DNA of 64,000 nucleotides from a virus. The stretch is from IMG/VR virus record IMGVR_UViG_3300018080_000100. One strand, 5' to 3'. Of this stretch, positions 28,615 to 38,804 are shown piece after piece (within the stretch, counting starts at the first letter, position 1; each line of letters begins with the position of its first letter). The notes below the pieces were generated by a model that was not told the origin of the DNA, did not search any database, and saw only the letters and a program-made list of their open reading frames with translations. The position numbers and the translations under genes were made by a program.

Positions 28615-29022
28615 TTACTGCGTGGCGAGGCCGGTGCCATCGTCCGTGCAGGCAATGCTTTCGGAGCTGTAAGATCCCCAGCACGGGTCGGCTTGGACAA
28701 AGTCGCCGTCGACCAGCGTGATGATCTTGGTTTCGTCCTGTGTGGCATCGTACAGGTGCACTGCCGGGGTGTTGACAAGTGCCAAGACCTGGGCATACGT
28801 GCTATCCCCTGCGAGCGCCACCTGGAGCGAACGACGAGCGCGGTCATTCGGCGTGAACCGAGTGAGCCAGTGCTGGATGTCGCCCCAGACGGTCATCTCT
28901 TCGCCACATGCCAGCCTGCGGCCGTGAGGCGGCAGGAAGCCGAAGAATTTCTCCGACGTCGACACGTTTCGGACGGTCGAGTAAAGGCACTCGACAGCCG
29001 TTGGGGTTGCAAGAAGTGCCAT
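28615..29022 (-). CDS. hypothetical protein
   Basis: 135-aa ORF. Confidence 0.4.
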   Translation of the reverse strand: MALLATPTAVECLYSTVRNVSTSEKFFGFLPPHGRRLACGEEMTVWGDIQHWLTRFTPNDRARRSLQVALAGDSTYAQVLALVNTPAVHLYDATQDETKIITLVDGDFVQADPCWGSYSSESIACTDDGTGLATQ

Positions 29023-29066
29023 CGTTTATTCCCCTATAAAGGGTTTGCTTGTTGGGTTCCGGCTGG

Positions 29067-29438
29067 CTACTCCGCCAGCTCGCCGCCAGTGTGCTTGTGG
29101 GCGTAAACCAACGCAGCAGTCTTGGCGAGATCACTCTGGCCGACCAGTTCGTCGGCGCTCTTCTTGATCATGGCATCCACATCGGGTTGCGGCTGCAAGC
29201 CAGCCAAGACATGCGTCAGGAAAGGATTGCTCCCGTCCTCGGCCTGCTTGATCTGACCGTCCGCTTCGGCATGCGCCAGAACAGCACCCAGCTGCAGGAA
29301 CTGCTGCGCTTCCGCTTTCGTCCGAGGCTGCAGCCCGTTAGCGGCTAGCTTCTCGAAGAACGCCGGGACGTGAATCTGATCAACCATGAAGGATTCGGAC
29401 TGTGCAGCCTGATCCTTTGTTGGAAGTGGGGTACTCAT
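29067..29438 (-). CDS. hypothetical protein
   Basis: 123-aa ORF. Confidence 0.4.
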   Translation of the reverse strand: MSTPLPTKDQAAQSESFMVDQIHVPAFFEKLAANGLQPRTKAEAQQFLQLGAVLAHAEADGQIKQAEDGSNPFLTHVLAGLQPQPDVDAMIKKSADELVGQSDLAKTAALVYAHKHTGGELAE

Positions 29439-29490
29439 TTGGGTTACCGTTCCGGTTGTTCAGGTGATTGGTTATGTGATCCACAAAGCC

Positions 29491-29520
29491 CCAGGCACCC
29501 GGGCGAACCCGGGTGCCAGG
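29491..29520 (-). terminator. stem-loop downstream of the major capsid gene (terminator or RNA-stabilising hairpin)
   Basis: 13-bp stem with one mismatch, CCAGGCACCCGGG/CCCGGGTGCCAGG. The loop reads UUCG on the minus strand and is followed by GGCUUUGUGG. Confidence 0.45.
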
Positions 29521-29535
29521 ACTGTGGATGACAGA

Positions 29536-30465
29536 CTACGCGAAGTCGGCGCGCGCCAGGCCGCCGGTGTGCCCGATCGAACCGCCAAGCGTCTCGTAGG
29601 CGAAGAATTCAATCATGAATGCCTCGCGCTTGATATGCATGGTGGTGTCTTCGAGCAAGTACGACTTGCCGATGAACCGAGGGTCGCCGAAGAAGTACAT
29701 CGAATCATCGGGGACCAAGTCGCGCTTGATCGTGATGATCCACTTGCAGCCCATCAGGTCGATCTCGGACCAACCGCTCTTCAGCATGTCGCCGGAGAGC
29801 GAGCCACCAGCCTCGTCGTAACCCCACTTGAGGATTTCGCGAATGGTGACGTTGTTGATCAGGACCGTGTTGACTTCGAGGTGACTCGGAGTCTTGGGCA
29901 TGATCTTCAGGGCTTCCTGCACGGTATCGCGCGAAATACCGCCCCAAACGGTCTCCCACTGGGCAACGCCAGAGGTCGGCACGATTGCATTGGCGGCGCC
30001 ACCGAGAGCTGTGTTGACGGCGGTGAGGAACTTGCTGTCCTCTTCCGCCAACATGTCCTTGATGGCATTGTCACTGAGCACTTGGCGGATGTCCATCTGC
30101 CAAGTGCGCAGCTCGTCGATGTCCTTGACGAAGCGCGGCGTCACGATCCGGTCGAACTGCACACGGTAGCGCGGGCCACGGATGTACACGTTGATCGGCA
30201 ACGTGGCGAACGGGATGGAGATGGCTGCCGGAGAACCAGGCTCCTTGTCCACAACGATGACCGGCTTGTCGGTGTCGACTTGGCGGTCAAGGTCGTCATT
30301 GCTGACCTGGACAGGCGGGATGATCTTCCGGTAGAAGCCGTCTTCACGCACACGGACACGGGTGAACTCGTTCACGGCGTCCAGAGCGTTTTTCTCCATC
30401 CCCGGCGTCTCGAGCTGGCTAAACAGCTCTTCGTTCAGGACTTGAACGCTTGAGGGGCTGGACAT
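29536..30465 (-). CDS. putative major capsid protein (HK97-fold-like)
   Basis: About 309 aa from ATG at 30465 with AAGGAGGT RBS. Its size and its position downstream of the scaffold-like and small genes fit a major capsid protein. A hairpin follows the gene. Its N-terminal segment is duplicated at 62.5 kb. Confidence 0.5.
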   Translation of the reverse strand: MSSPSSVQVLNEELFSQLETPGMEKNALDAVNEFTRVRVREDGFYRKIIPPVQVSNDDLDRQVDTDKPVIVVDKEPGSPAAISIPFATLPINVYIRGPRYRVQFDRIVTPRFVKDIDELRTWQMDIRQVLSDNAIKDMLAEEDSKFLTAVNTALGGAANAIVPTSGVAQWETVWGGISRDTVQEALKIMPKTPSHLEVNTVLINNVTIREILKWGYDEAGGSLSGDMLKSGWSEIDLMGCKWIITIKRDLVPDDSMYFFGDPRFIGKSYLLEDTTMHIKREAFMIEFFAYETLGGSIGHTGGLARADFA

Positions 30466-30545
30466 CTTCAACCTCCTTGATTGGTTTTCACTTCCTATCC
30501 GTGGAAGCGATCATTATCGGTTTATGCGACGCCTTCCTAACTGCC

Positions 30546-31157
30546 TTATGAGGACAGTGCAGGGAGGAAGTAGCTCCAGAACGTCAGTGTCTCGACTCCG
30601 TGGGCATTGTAGCCCCGTGGACTCGATGCAGCAGCCTGACCGCCGGACACGTCGGTGCCGTCAGCCACGCCTTGCACGTGCCACGATGCAACGCCGCAGA
30701 CCCACGTGGTGTAGGCCGTGACGTTAAGGTTGGTAAGGATACCGTCCGTGCCTGCGGTGAGCAGGTCGTTCGGCAGGTAGGTCCGATCGGCGAACTCGGT
30801 GGTCTGCAATTCGTAGCCACCGGTTGCGACGAGGCCGGACATAACACCGGTAGGCGAAATCGCGTACCAGTGTACAACGGAGCTGCTAGAGCTCGTGCCG
30901 TCGTTTTGCACGTCGGCGTGGTCAGAGCCGTTCCACAGGAAGATCGGCATCGCGGTGTCGGTATTGGTGATGCTCGTCCGGTCGAGGACGAATTCGCCAA
31001 CGTCGTTGATCACCGCCACGCGGCCTGCCGGAATAACGGTAGACTGACCGAGTAGAGCGCTGGACAGCTTGGCAGAGTGGTCCAAAGCAGCCAGGTGGAA
31101 CCATCCCTTGACGGCGTCCAAGGCTTGCTCGAACATCTGAGCGACTTGACCAGGCAT
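30546..31157 (-). CDS. hypothetical head protein (decoration/auxiliary candidate)
   Basis: Start ATG at 31157 with GGAGGT RBS. Lies immediately upstream of the capsid gene. Confidence 0.4.
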   Translation of the reverse strand: MPGQVAQMFEQALDAVKGWFHLAALDHSAKLSSALLGQSTVIPAGRVAVINDVGEFVLDRTSITNTDTAMPIFLWNGSDHADVQNDGTSSSSSVVHWYAISPTGVMSGLVATGGYELQTTEFADRTYLPNDLLTAGTDGILTNLNVTAYTTWVCGVASWHVQGVADGTDVSGGQAAASSPRGYNAHGVETLTFWSYFLPALSS

Positions 31158-31227
31158 CGTTGACCTCCATGTCAAGATTTCAAGGTTATGCTGCAGTTAC
31201 CCGCAGCGAACATTTCGTGTGAGCGCG

Positions 31228-31638
31228 TTATGCGCCCAAAAGGGTGTTGCGAAAGTTTTGGCCGGACTCAGTCGCGTCCCAGTCAGCGACGCCTGCGCCG
31301 GTGATTGGGCTGGCCGCAGCTTTCTTTTCTTGCCCGACCGGACTGCCGATAGCGTCAAGCTCAGCGGCATTCCGATGCTTGGCCAGATCACGGATCAGTT
31401 CGATGCAAGCAGCGTGGCTGGATGCAATCTTCTCCGCGACTGCCTCTTTCTGATGCCCGAAGATGCGCTCGTTGGCTTCCAAAGCTTCGATCGCTTCGGG
31501 AACCAGCGCGTCCACGGCCTCCTTGACCGCAGCGTCCTTCTCCAGGCGATCCTGGAAACGCTTTGAGGTCTCGTTGGCCATGCGAAGTTGCGCAAGTACC
31601 TTCGGTGCCAGTACGTCGGTGGTCATGGTAACCTCCAT
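31228..31638 (-). CDS. hypothetical helical protein (scaffold-associated candidate)
   Basis: 136-aa ORF, alpha-helical and rich in A/E/K. Confidence 0.4.
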   Translation of the reverse strand: MEVTMTTDVLAPKVLAQLRMANETSKRFQDRLEKDAAVKEAVDALVPEAIEALEANERIFGHQKEAVAEKIASSHAACIELIRDLAKHRNAAELDAIGSPVGQEKKAAASPITGAGVADWDATESGQNFRNTLLGA

Positions 31639-31692
31639 GTTCCCTAGATTAACCTATTTCACCACAAAGTGAGAACAGGGTTTTTGGTGAAA

Positions 31693-33024
31693 CTACTTGC
31701 GGCTCCGGTTGTACAGCTCCAGGACGAATCCCTTCATGTAGTCGCGGACCTTACGATCGGCACTGCCTTCCTTCGCTTCGGTGAAGGCAGCCTTGCCCGT
31801 ACGCTGGAAATCCTGGACAGCGGATGCGATCTTCTGGCCTTCCGGTTGCGCCATGGCAGCCAGCTGGGCCGGATCGATACCGAGTTCTTGCAGCGCCATG
31901 AACAGCTGCTGTAGCGCAGCCTCGTCGCCCATGCCGCCCATCTCAGGCGGAGGACCGCCCATTTCGCCGCCCATTTCCGGCGCAGGAGCGCCCATCATTT
32001 CCGGCGCGGGCGCGCCCATCTCAGGCGGAGGACCGCCCATTTCGCCGCCCATCTCAGGGGCCATCTCGGGACCTGCGCCTGCTCCCTCAGGGCCGCCGCC
32101 ACCCATGGCAGCCAGAAGCTCTTCAGCGCCTGCCGGCGGCTCTTCGCCGCCTACAACGTCTCCTTCTCCTTCGCCTTCTGCGGGTGGCTCGCTACTAGGG
32201 TCCGAGCCACCGCCTTCCTCGGTTCCGTGATCCTCGCCCTCACCAGCGCCGCTGGTGGGGTCCTCGGCCTCGCCCTCTGCCTGCTTCTTCATGGCGGAGA
32301 GTTCCTTGGCCAAGTGATCAGTGACGAGGTCGGCCTCGTGGTAGGCCTGCTTCACGACCTGCTGAATGACACCAGAAGCGATGTCGTTGAGCTTGTCGCC
32401 CAGTTCACCTGCCTCCTCGGCGGTCTTCTCACCGGCCTCGGCGGCTTCCTTGGTGTTAGGCGCTTCCGCAGGCTTCTCAGCCGGCGCGGAGAAGTGGCCG
32501 TTGGCGATGGCAGCAGTGAGTTCGTTGCCAACGTCGGCCGCACTCTTGAGCAGAGTGTCGTCGTCCATGGCCGCAACGGCGTCGGCGGAATACTTCTCGC
32601 CATAGTCGCCAGTGGCCGGGTGGGTTGTCCCACCTTGGTCGCCCTGCTTCTTGTCTCCTTCGAGCTTACCCTTGTAGTCCTCCTCGGTGGAAGGATCTTC
32701 GCCGGTAGGCTTGGCTTCGTCGACGCCTTGACCCTGCTGGGTGTCCGTGGCCTTGGGCGCGTTGCCCTCGGTGGCCTCGGGCTTCTCGTCGACGGAATCG
32801 GGGATCATGTCCTTGACACGCTTCTCGTTGTCAGCGGACTGTTCTCCCTCGCTCTTGGGCTGCAAATCGTCATCCGTCTTCTTTGACGGGTGCGAAGTGG
32901 GGCCCTCCGCACCGCCAGGATCCGGAATGCCGGTCTCGGCACTCTTCTCCTGAGCAGCGGCTTGCTTCTCGGCACCGATCTCTTCGACGAGACCAGATAC
33001 GCGATCAAAAAGGCTGGTAGGCAT
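31693..33024 (-). CDS. acidic scaffolding-like protein with Met/Gly/Pro repeats
   Basis: 443-aa ORF, very rich in E/D/G. Repeats GGPPPEMGAPAPEMMGAPAPEMGGEMGGPPPEMGG. Positioned upstream of the capsid gene. Confidence 0.5.
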   Translation of the reverse strand: MPTSLFDRVSGLVEEIGAEKQAAAQEKSAETGIPDPGGAEGPTSHPSKKTDDDLQPKSEGEQSADNEKRVKDMIPDSVDEKPEATEGNAPKATDTQQGQGVDEAKPTGEDPSTEEDYKGKLEGDKKQGDQGGTTHPATGDYGEKYSADAVAAMDDDTLLKSAADVGNELTAAIANGHFSAPAEKPAEAPNTKEAAEAGEKTAEEAGELGDKLNDIASGVIQQVVKQAYHEADLVTDHLAKELSAMKKQAEGEAEDPTSGAGEGEDHGTEEGGGSDPSSEPPAEGEGEGDVVGGEEPPAGAEELLAAMGGGGPEGAGAGPEMAPEMGGEMGGPPPEMGAPAPEMMGAPAPEMGGEMGGPPPEMGGMGDEAALQQLFMALQELGIDPAQLAAMAQPEGQKIASAVQDFQRTGKAAFTEAKEGSADRKVRDYMKGFVLELYNRSRK

Positions 33025-33127
33025 TGGATTCCTCCATGAACTTCGGGTTGCTTTTACACCCGTCGTGGTTCATTGTGAGCCAAATGCAGGTATGGCGTCA
33101 ACACCTAGTTAGCGCCACCCCGCTACT

Positions 33128-34630
33128 TTACCGAACAAAATTGGACCGTACGACCAAATCCTGCATGAATTTCGCATCAGGATCGGCCGCATGTGCTTGT
33201 AGGAAACCGAGCTGGTAGAGCGCGTAATGCTTTGCCAACTCGTCTACATTACCGGCTACAGCCACCTTGGTCATAGGCCGGCGACTGCCCAGCGGCGTCG
33301 GGTGCCGCAGCGTCGAAAGCTGCAAGCGCTGGACTACGCTCGGGCGGTCTAGCGACCATTCGGCCGCGTGTTTCAGCACCCAATGGCGCACCCGGCGTGG
33401 CGTAGGCCCGCCCGGGACGTATGGGCTGTTTCTGAGCTCCTCTTCCAGCCGCGGGTCCGTTGCCAGACGATTGTAAACGCCTGGCAGCCGGTCGGCAACT
33501 CGATCCGCGGCGGTCTTGATGCCGATGTCGTTGCCCGTCAGAAGCACTAGGAAGCTGTCTAACGGCAGCAGGCACTTCTCGTCCGACAGCGCGGTGACGA
33601 CGTGCGCAAGCTTGAACGGGCCTGTGCGGACGTCTGGGGCGTCTGTACGGAGCGGCTGGACATCCGGCATGAATGACCGGTCCAGCGGCGACGGAACCTC
33701 CTCGGCGGAGATCTCGTCCTCCAGGCTGATCAGATCGCTGGCGACCTTGAGCTGGCCCACGATCTTGGGATCGGCCCAGGGGCCGTCCGCCATCAGCCAC
33801 AGCGGCGGCGTCACGCCTAGCTTCTCGGCCAGATAGCCGGAGCTGCGCGTCTCGCCATACGTATCCGCAGCTGCTTTCAGCATGCCTTCGTAGTCGGCAG
33901 CGGCCTTGGCCATGCCGATCGTGTAGGCGATGCGGTCCGCCGGGCGGAAAACGTTCGAGATATCGAAGTACGACGGATTCGGGTTGAACACGCCCAGCGT
34001 CGTGCCATCGTCGAAGGTCTTGGCCAGGTTGTCCTTACAGCCGCCGTACTTGCACATCTCAGGACCGCAGTATTCTGCGCGGCTCTGCGCCTTGTTTCCG
34101 CAGCCAGAGCATTCGTCGTACGCCACACGGCATGCCATCGAAACAGGGATGTCTTCGCCGCGCGCGAGCTTCTCCATCTCTTCGTCGGCGACCAGGCCGC
34201 CGTTGCGGTCAGCAGCTTCTTTCGTACTGTTGAGCGCCACGATCAGCTCGATACGGCGCATGTCGCCGTTGTAGGCCGACGCTTTGACGATGCCACGACC
34301 CTTCTTCGGATCCTTGTTGTCGTGGTTGCGATACCAGCGCGCGTACTTCTTGAAGGTCGGATGACACTTCTGGCACTCGGCCTCCTTGAAGCCGTCGCCG
34401 TTACGGTTGAAGCCGTAATACTCGTGCGCGCCCACGGCGATCAAATGCACCGGAACTTCACCGGGATTCAGCCGCATCGACGCCACCTTGTCGATGAATT
34501 GCACCGAAGCGCGTTTCACGAAGGCGTCCATATCGGACCCACGCAGCCCGTTACGGGCCAGCTTGATCCGCTGCGCGATCGGCTCGTGGAAGTTTTGGGA
34601 GCCGGGCGTAATGAGTTTGACGTGCGCCAT
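33128..34630 (-). CDS. hypothetical head-morphogenesis protein with Cys cluster (prohead protease candidate)
   Basis: 500-aa ORF. Cys cluster CRVAYDECSGCGNKAQSRAEYCGPEMCKYGGC. Assigned by position between the portal candidate and the scaffold-like gene. Confidence 0.3.
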   Translation of the reverse strand: MAHVKLITPGSQNFHEPIAQRIKLARNGLRGSDMDAFVKRASVQFIDKVASMRLNPGEVPVHLIAVGAHEYYGFNRNGDGFKEAECQKCHPTFKKYARWYRNHDNKDPKKGRGIVKASAYNGDMRRIELIVALNSTKEAADRNGGLVADEEMEKLARGEDIPVSMACRVAYDECSGCGNKAQSRAEYCGPEMCKYGGCKDNLAKTFDDGTTLGVFNPNPSYFDISNVFRPADRIAYTIGMAKAAADYEGMLKAAADTYGETRSSGYLAEKLGVTPPLWLMADGPWADPKIVGQLKVASDLISLEDEISAEEVPSPLDRSFMPDVQPLRTDAPDVRTGPFKLAHVVTALSDEKCLLPLDSFLVLLTGNDIGIKTAADRVADRLPGVYNRLATDPRLEEELRNSPYVPGGPTPRRVRHWVLKHAAEWSLDRPSVVQRLQLSTLRHPTPLGSRRPMTKVAVAGNVDELAKHYALYQLGFLQAHAADPDAKFMQDLVVRSNFVR

Positions 34631-34632
34631 GG

Positions 34633-35892
34633 TTAAGGTCCCAGTTTGTTTTGCTGCGCCCGAACACTATCGAGCTGTTTGAGCAAGTCCTGCGTCTGTG
34701 CGTTGTAGTCGTAGTGCGCGTTGCCGCCGGTTTGGTCGATCATCGAGCGCGTCAGCAGGTCTGCCGCGAGCCCGACCAGTCCAGCACGCCCGAGCTGGCG
34801 TGTGCGGTGTAACGGACGTGTTCCGCCGCCAGGGGCCTGACTACGCGCCCAGTTGCGCCCAGCCTGCCAAGACGATGTCCGTGCGCCGGTCGTGTCGGGC
34901 ATCAGCTTGCGGTACTGCGGCGGCTGTGGCTGCGGTGCAGGCAGGATCGGCGGCTTTCCACCGCCCTTCGGAGGCTTGCCAACCGAAGGTTTGGGCGTCG
35001 ACTGCGGCAAAGGCTCGCCGACATTTACGCCCTGCGCCGGAATCGGTTTCGCGTTTTGTCCCTTCAACACCTGTGCCTCTACAGGCCCGTGCCGCAATGA
35101 CCACTTGGCGCCAAGCTTCTTCTGTGCTTCGATTGTGTCCTTCAGCGATTGCTTAGCGTCTGCGCTCAGCGGGTTGCCGGGCGCATCGCTCAGCATCGAC
35201 TGGACGTGTGCCTTGGCCTTGCCCGTGCCGCGATGGCCCTTCTGGAGCGCCCGGTCGGCCAGTGCCGCTACTACGGCGTTGGCTTCTGGCTGCCCATAGT
35301 TTAGCGGAACATGCTCGCCACTTGTAACACCGCTGATGTCCTCCTTGAGCGAACCCAGGCCAGGAATCAGCGTCTGCAACAAGTCTAGTCGTGATACTGG
35401 CACCGTTTGCGTCTTGCCTGCAGGGTCAGTGTACTCGCGCTCGCCGCCGGTGATTGTCTTCGCCAGCCGTTCGAACCAGTTCATGTCTTCGTAGCCCGCG
35501 CCGGCACCTTCGCCGCGTGCGCCGATCGAGCTTTCGAGGTCTCGCCGCTGGTCAGCAAGGTTACCGCGCTCAGTGTCAGCTTGCGCTTCTGCGAGGCCGC
35601 CACTCAGCGCGTTGTACAGCCCGCCACCAAGGCCGCCGAGCATACCGCCCGTCAGCGTGCGGCCAAGCGCATTGCGCCGATTCTTTGGCTGCCACAGCGA
35701 CGACAGCGCACCAAGACCGGCACCACCAGCAGCGCCGAGACCAATGTCCCAGTACGGCTTGTGCTCGGGGTTAGCCCAGCTGGCTTGCGCTTGCTCGCCC
35801 ATGTTGGCAAGCCAGTTCTGCACATCCTCCTGCCAACCGGCAGTCTTGATGGCCAACTTGGCTTCCGCATAGGTCATGTTGTCGTAGTCCAT
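34633..35892 (-). CDS. hypothetical Gly-rich protein
   Basis: 419-aa ORF with GLGGGLYNALSGGL-type Gly-rich segments. Confidence 0.4.
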   Translation of the reverse strand: MDYDNMTYAEAKLAIKTAGWQEDVQNWLANMGEQAQASWANPEHKPYWDIGLGAAGGAGLGALSSLWQPKNRRNALGRTLTGGMLGGLGGGLYNALSGGLAEAQADTERGNLADQRRDLESSIGARGEGAGAGYEDMNWFERLAKTITGGEREYTDPAGKTQTVPVSRLDLLQTLIPGLGSLKEDISGVTSGEHVPLNYGQPEANAVVAALADRALQKGHRGTGKAKAHVQSMLSDAPGNPLSADAKQSLKDTIEAQKKLGAKWSLRHGPVEAQVLKGQNAKPIPAQGVNVGEPLPQSTPKPSVGKPPKGGGKPPILPAPQPQPPQYRKLMPDTTGARTSSWQAGRNWARSQAPGGGTRPLHRTRQLGRAGLVGLAADLLTRSMIDQTGGNAHYDYNAQTQDLLKQLDSVRAQQNKLGP

Positions 35893-35909
35893 TTGTACTT
35901 CCCTGTACG

Positions 35910-37376
35910 CTAGGCTGACGGCTTCAGGGCATCATCGACAATGTTCTGCTTATCGGGCTTGCTCTCAGAGATACCGCGCGGCTTGCTCATCGGCGGGCCC
36001 AGCTCTCTGGCCGGGCCAGGCGCCGCGTTTGCCATCAGCTGTTGCGGCATGTCGCGATTGGTCAGCTTGCCCTCGACGTCGAGCATTTGGTCAACGTCGA
36101 ACGGATCGATCGCGGACGCTTGCTCCAGGTACTTCCGCAGCAACGCCTGCGCCATTACGCGCTGCTGCATAGCCTTGGGCGCCACTTCGGAGAGGTGGTT
36201 GTATGCTTCCATGACGGCGGCTGGGTCGTAGCCGCTGATGACCGGGTCACTGGCCATCATTTCGTGCATCATGGTCTGCATACGGATTGCGCGCAACCGA
36301 TCCTCATGATCTGGTGCGCCAAGCTCCTGCAGCTTCTCCTGGATCAGATCCTCTTTGGTCTTCGGCGCCATCTTGTTTGCGAGGCCCCGTGCAGACCCAC
36401 CAACGGCGCCAGCCAAACCCAGGCCGAGCAAGCTAACCGCCTGCTTAGTCTGCGATTGATTGTCCCATACTGAGCCGGTGATCACGTCTGTCTCGGGGCT
36501 GAGGCCAAAAGGGGCGAGGGTCTCCGCGCGCTTCTCGGGCAGCTCTTTCTCGAATGCGTCGAGTTCGGCGCGGCGCTTGGCGAAGTCGGCCATGGAGTGG
36601 AGCGCTGTTTTGATCAGGCTGTAGGGCGCTTCGTCCCAGCTGACCGCGTGCGGACCCCGGGCTGGCGGGTACTTGACCGACTTGTTCATGTCGGCGGCGT
36701 GCTTAACGAGCCTACCCGCGCTCGCACCTAGCACCAGCTCGGCGTTCTTGCCAACCTCGTCCGGGTGCTGAGCGTCCGGGCGCCGGAAGTAGTCTCCGAC
36801 GGCGTTGACGTCCTCGGCGACCTTGTAACAGGCGTGCATGGCTGCATCCTTGACCCGCTGATGCTCTCTGCGGAGGTCGTGGAGCTTGGACATGGCTTGC
36901 TTGCCGGCGCGGTGTGGCTCCTCCGGATAACTCGGCATATCTTGCGAGTTATCGGCTGAGGCGACCTTTTCTCGCAACGTAGTACGAGTTATGGCCTCGG
37001 CACGGCGGCGCAGCCAGCCTCGTGGCGACAGCTTGTAATCGTCGGCGATCGCTGCCGCGGCCTTCTGCTGCGCGGGCGTTTCGATCTCAGACGGGAACAT
37101 GCGCTCGAGAATCTCGCTGGCGTCAGCCAGTTCGAACGCTGCTGCCTTCTCGGCGAGCGTGTCGTGAGTACGCAGATGGCCGATGCTGCGGCCGTTGTTG
37201 AACGCGCGCACCATGAGCCGGACCTGGCCAGCAGGGACTTTCCGCGTCGAGGCTACCTTGACGATAGCGTCGTTCGGGGCGTAGCCCTTATTGGTGAGTG
37301 CAGCAACCTCGGAAAGCGCGGCGCTGATCCGCTCCTCGCTCTCTTTGGTTAGTCTAGGAATTTTCGTCATGATCAC
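35910..37376 (-). CDS. hypothetical helical protein
   Basis: 488-aa ORF. Confidence 0.4.
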   Translation of the reverse strand: MIMTKIPRLTKESEERISAALSEVAALTNKGYAPNDAIVKVASTRKVPAGQVRLMVRAFNNGRSIGHLRTHDTLAEKAAAFELADASEILERMFPSEIETPAQQKAAAAIADDYKLSPRGWLRRRAEAITRTTLREKVASADNSQDMPSYPEEPHRAGKQAMSKLHDLRREHQRVKDAAMHACYKVAEDVNAVGDYFRRPDAQHPDEVGKNAELVLGASAGRLVKHAADMNKSVKYPPARGPHAVSWDEAPYSLIKTALHSMADFAKRRAELDAFEKELPEKRAETLAPFGLSPETDVITGSVWDNQSQTKQAVSLLGLGLAGAVGGSARGLANKMAPKTKEDLIQEKLQELGAPDHEDRLRAIRMQTMMHEMMASDPVISGYDPAAVMEAYNHLSEVAPKAMQQRVMAQALLRKYLEQASAIDPFDVDQMLDVEGKLTNRDMPQQLMANAAPGPARELGPPMSKPRGISESKPDKQNIVDDALKPSA

Positions 37377-38313
37377 CTCGCTCTGGGAACGTGGCTGTGC
37401 TCATCAATTGACCGAGACCAGCGGGGAACTCACCCACGCCGATACCAACAAGCTCTGCAGCGCGTAATCGTACGCCCTGGGCCTCCAACTGTGCGATCTG
37501 GCCCGTAAGGCGCGTATCGCCGTCTTCGCGTGTCTTGACCAGCAGACCTTGGAAGGTGTCCACCAGTTGCTGCACGTTCTGCGTGTACGTTTCTGTGCCG
37601 ATGCCAGCCTGTCCAGCCTGTGCCTCCAGCGCCAGCATGTCTTTCCATAGCGTAAGGATAAGCTCGCGTGTCTGCCAGTCGGACTTCATCGTGATCATCG
37701 TAATCGCGGCTTTGATGTCGATGGCGTCCTTCGACAAGTCCCGCATCGCGGCCCGTAGGCCGTCATGACCCTCAGTATGCCGCGGGTTGTTGAACTTGTA
37801 AGCAAGCGCGTCCAGGACGGACGGCCCGAGCCAATACCCGAACAGTTTCCACAGACAGTCGTATTCGCGCTCCGCAAGGCCTGTCTGAACCGATTTTCCG
37901 ATCACCGTGTGGGTGATCAATCCGGGGGCATCGAGTCGGTCCATCACGTCGAAGAATATCCGCTCGTACAGCATGATGGCATCGATATCAATTCCTAGCT
38001 TATCGGAGATAGCAGGAAGTGACTCTCTTGCTAGCAAGCGTGCTTCCAACTCCCACTTGTTATTGGTGTGGTCGTCGGTCGCGTCGTACAGCGAATATGC
38101 CTCGTACAGTGCTGGGTGGGCGTCAAGGGCAGCCAGCTTGTCCATATCAGTTTCGCAGCGCTGAATCAGCCGGCGGAACTTACAGGCAGCTCGAACTACC
38201 TCGTCATCCCTACCGCGGACCGGGCGCGCACCTTCGGCCAGTTCGCAGGCACGCTGCCACCGCCAGTCCGGCGGACGTCGCTTGTTATCGGGTCTGTTGA
38301 CCAGGATACTCAT
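37354..38313 (-). CDS. hypothetical protein
   Basis: Likely start is ATG at 38313 (MSILVNR), directly after the palindromic element and a mini-uORF (MRSKSK) with ATGA overlap. Confidence 0.4.
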   Translation of the reverse strand: MSILVNRPDNKRRPPDWRWQRACELAEGARPVRGRDDEVVRAACKFRRLIQRCETDMDKLAALDAHPALYEAYSLYDATDDHTNNKWELEARLLARESLPAISDKLGIDIDAIMLYERIFFDVMDRLDAPGLITHTVIGKSVQTGLAEREYDCLWKLFGYWLGPSVLDALAYKFNNPRHTEGHDGLRAAMRDLSKDAIDIKAAITMITMKSDWQTRELILTLWKDMLALEAQAGQAGIGTETYTQNVQQLVDTFQGLLVKTREDGDTRLTGQIAQLEAQGVRLRAAELVGIGVGEFPAGLGQLMSTATFPERGDHDENS

Positions 38314-38317
38314 TTGG

Positions 38318-38340
38318 ATTTTGATCTCATGAACAAAATT
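38318..38340. promoter_or_regulatory. copy 2 of the palindromic element (ATTTTGATCTCATGAACAAAATT)
   Basis: Lies in the 29-nt gap between the 38343 stop and the 38313 start. The ATG inside the element opens a 6-codon uORF, MRSKSK. Confidence 0.5.
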
Positions 38341-38342
38341 GG

Positions 38343-38795
38343 CTAGTTCCGCTCGTTGCCGACCTCGCATTCGAGGGCGAGCTCGAACTCCAGCCCGTTG
38401 TCGTTAGTGGGCACGGTAATGTGCAGGTACACAGCGCGTACAGGCACCGTGAATGTACCCTCGCGATTGCGGTAGGACCACGGGCCGTCGTTCTCGAACA
38501 GCTCCAGCACCACCCCCGCATTGACATTCTGGGTGGGGATGATCTTGGCTAGCGCCTGCGTCATCGGGTCCACGTCTTCAAGCGACGTCGACGAGCCGCT
38601 ACCTACGTCGCAGACCTGCCGGTCAAACAGGTTGACCACCAAGGCCACAGCCGGTCCGCTGGACTGCCGCAGCAGCATGCGGGTGATGCGTCCCTCTTGC
38701 GGGAAGCCGATCTCGAAGCACTGGCTCAACTCTCCGCCAGGCAGGTACAGCTGTGTCCCCTGGGACTCAACAAATTCACGCTTGTAGATATGCAT
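38343..38795 (-). CDS. hypothetical protein
   Basis: 150-aa ORF. Confidence 0.4.
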   Translation of the reverse strand: MHIYKREFVESQGTQLYLPGGELSQCFEIGFPQEGRITRMLLRQSSGPAVALVVNLFDRQVCDVGSGSSTSLEDVDPMTQALAKIIPTQNVNAGVVLELFENDGPWSYRNREGTFTVPVRAVYLHITVPTNDNGLEFELALECEVGNERN

Positions 38796-38804
38796 GGTTT
38801 ACCT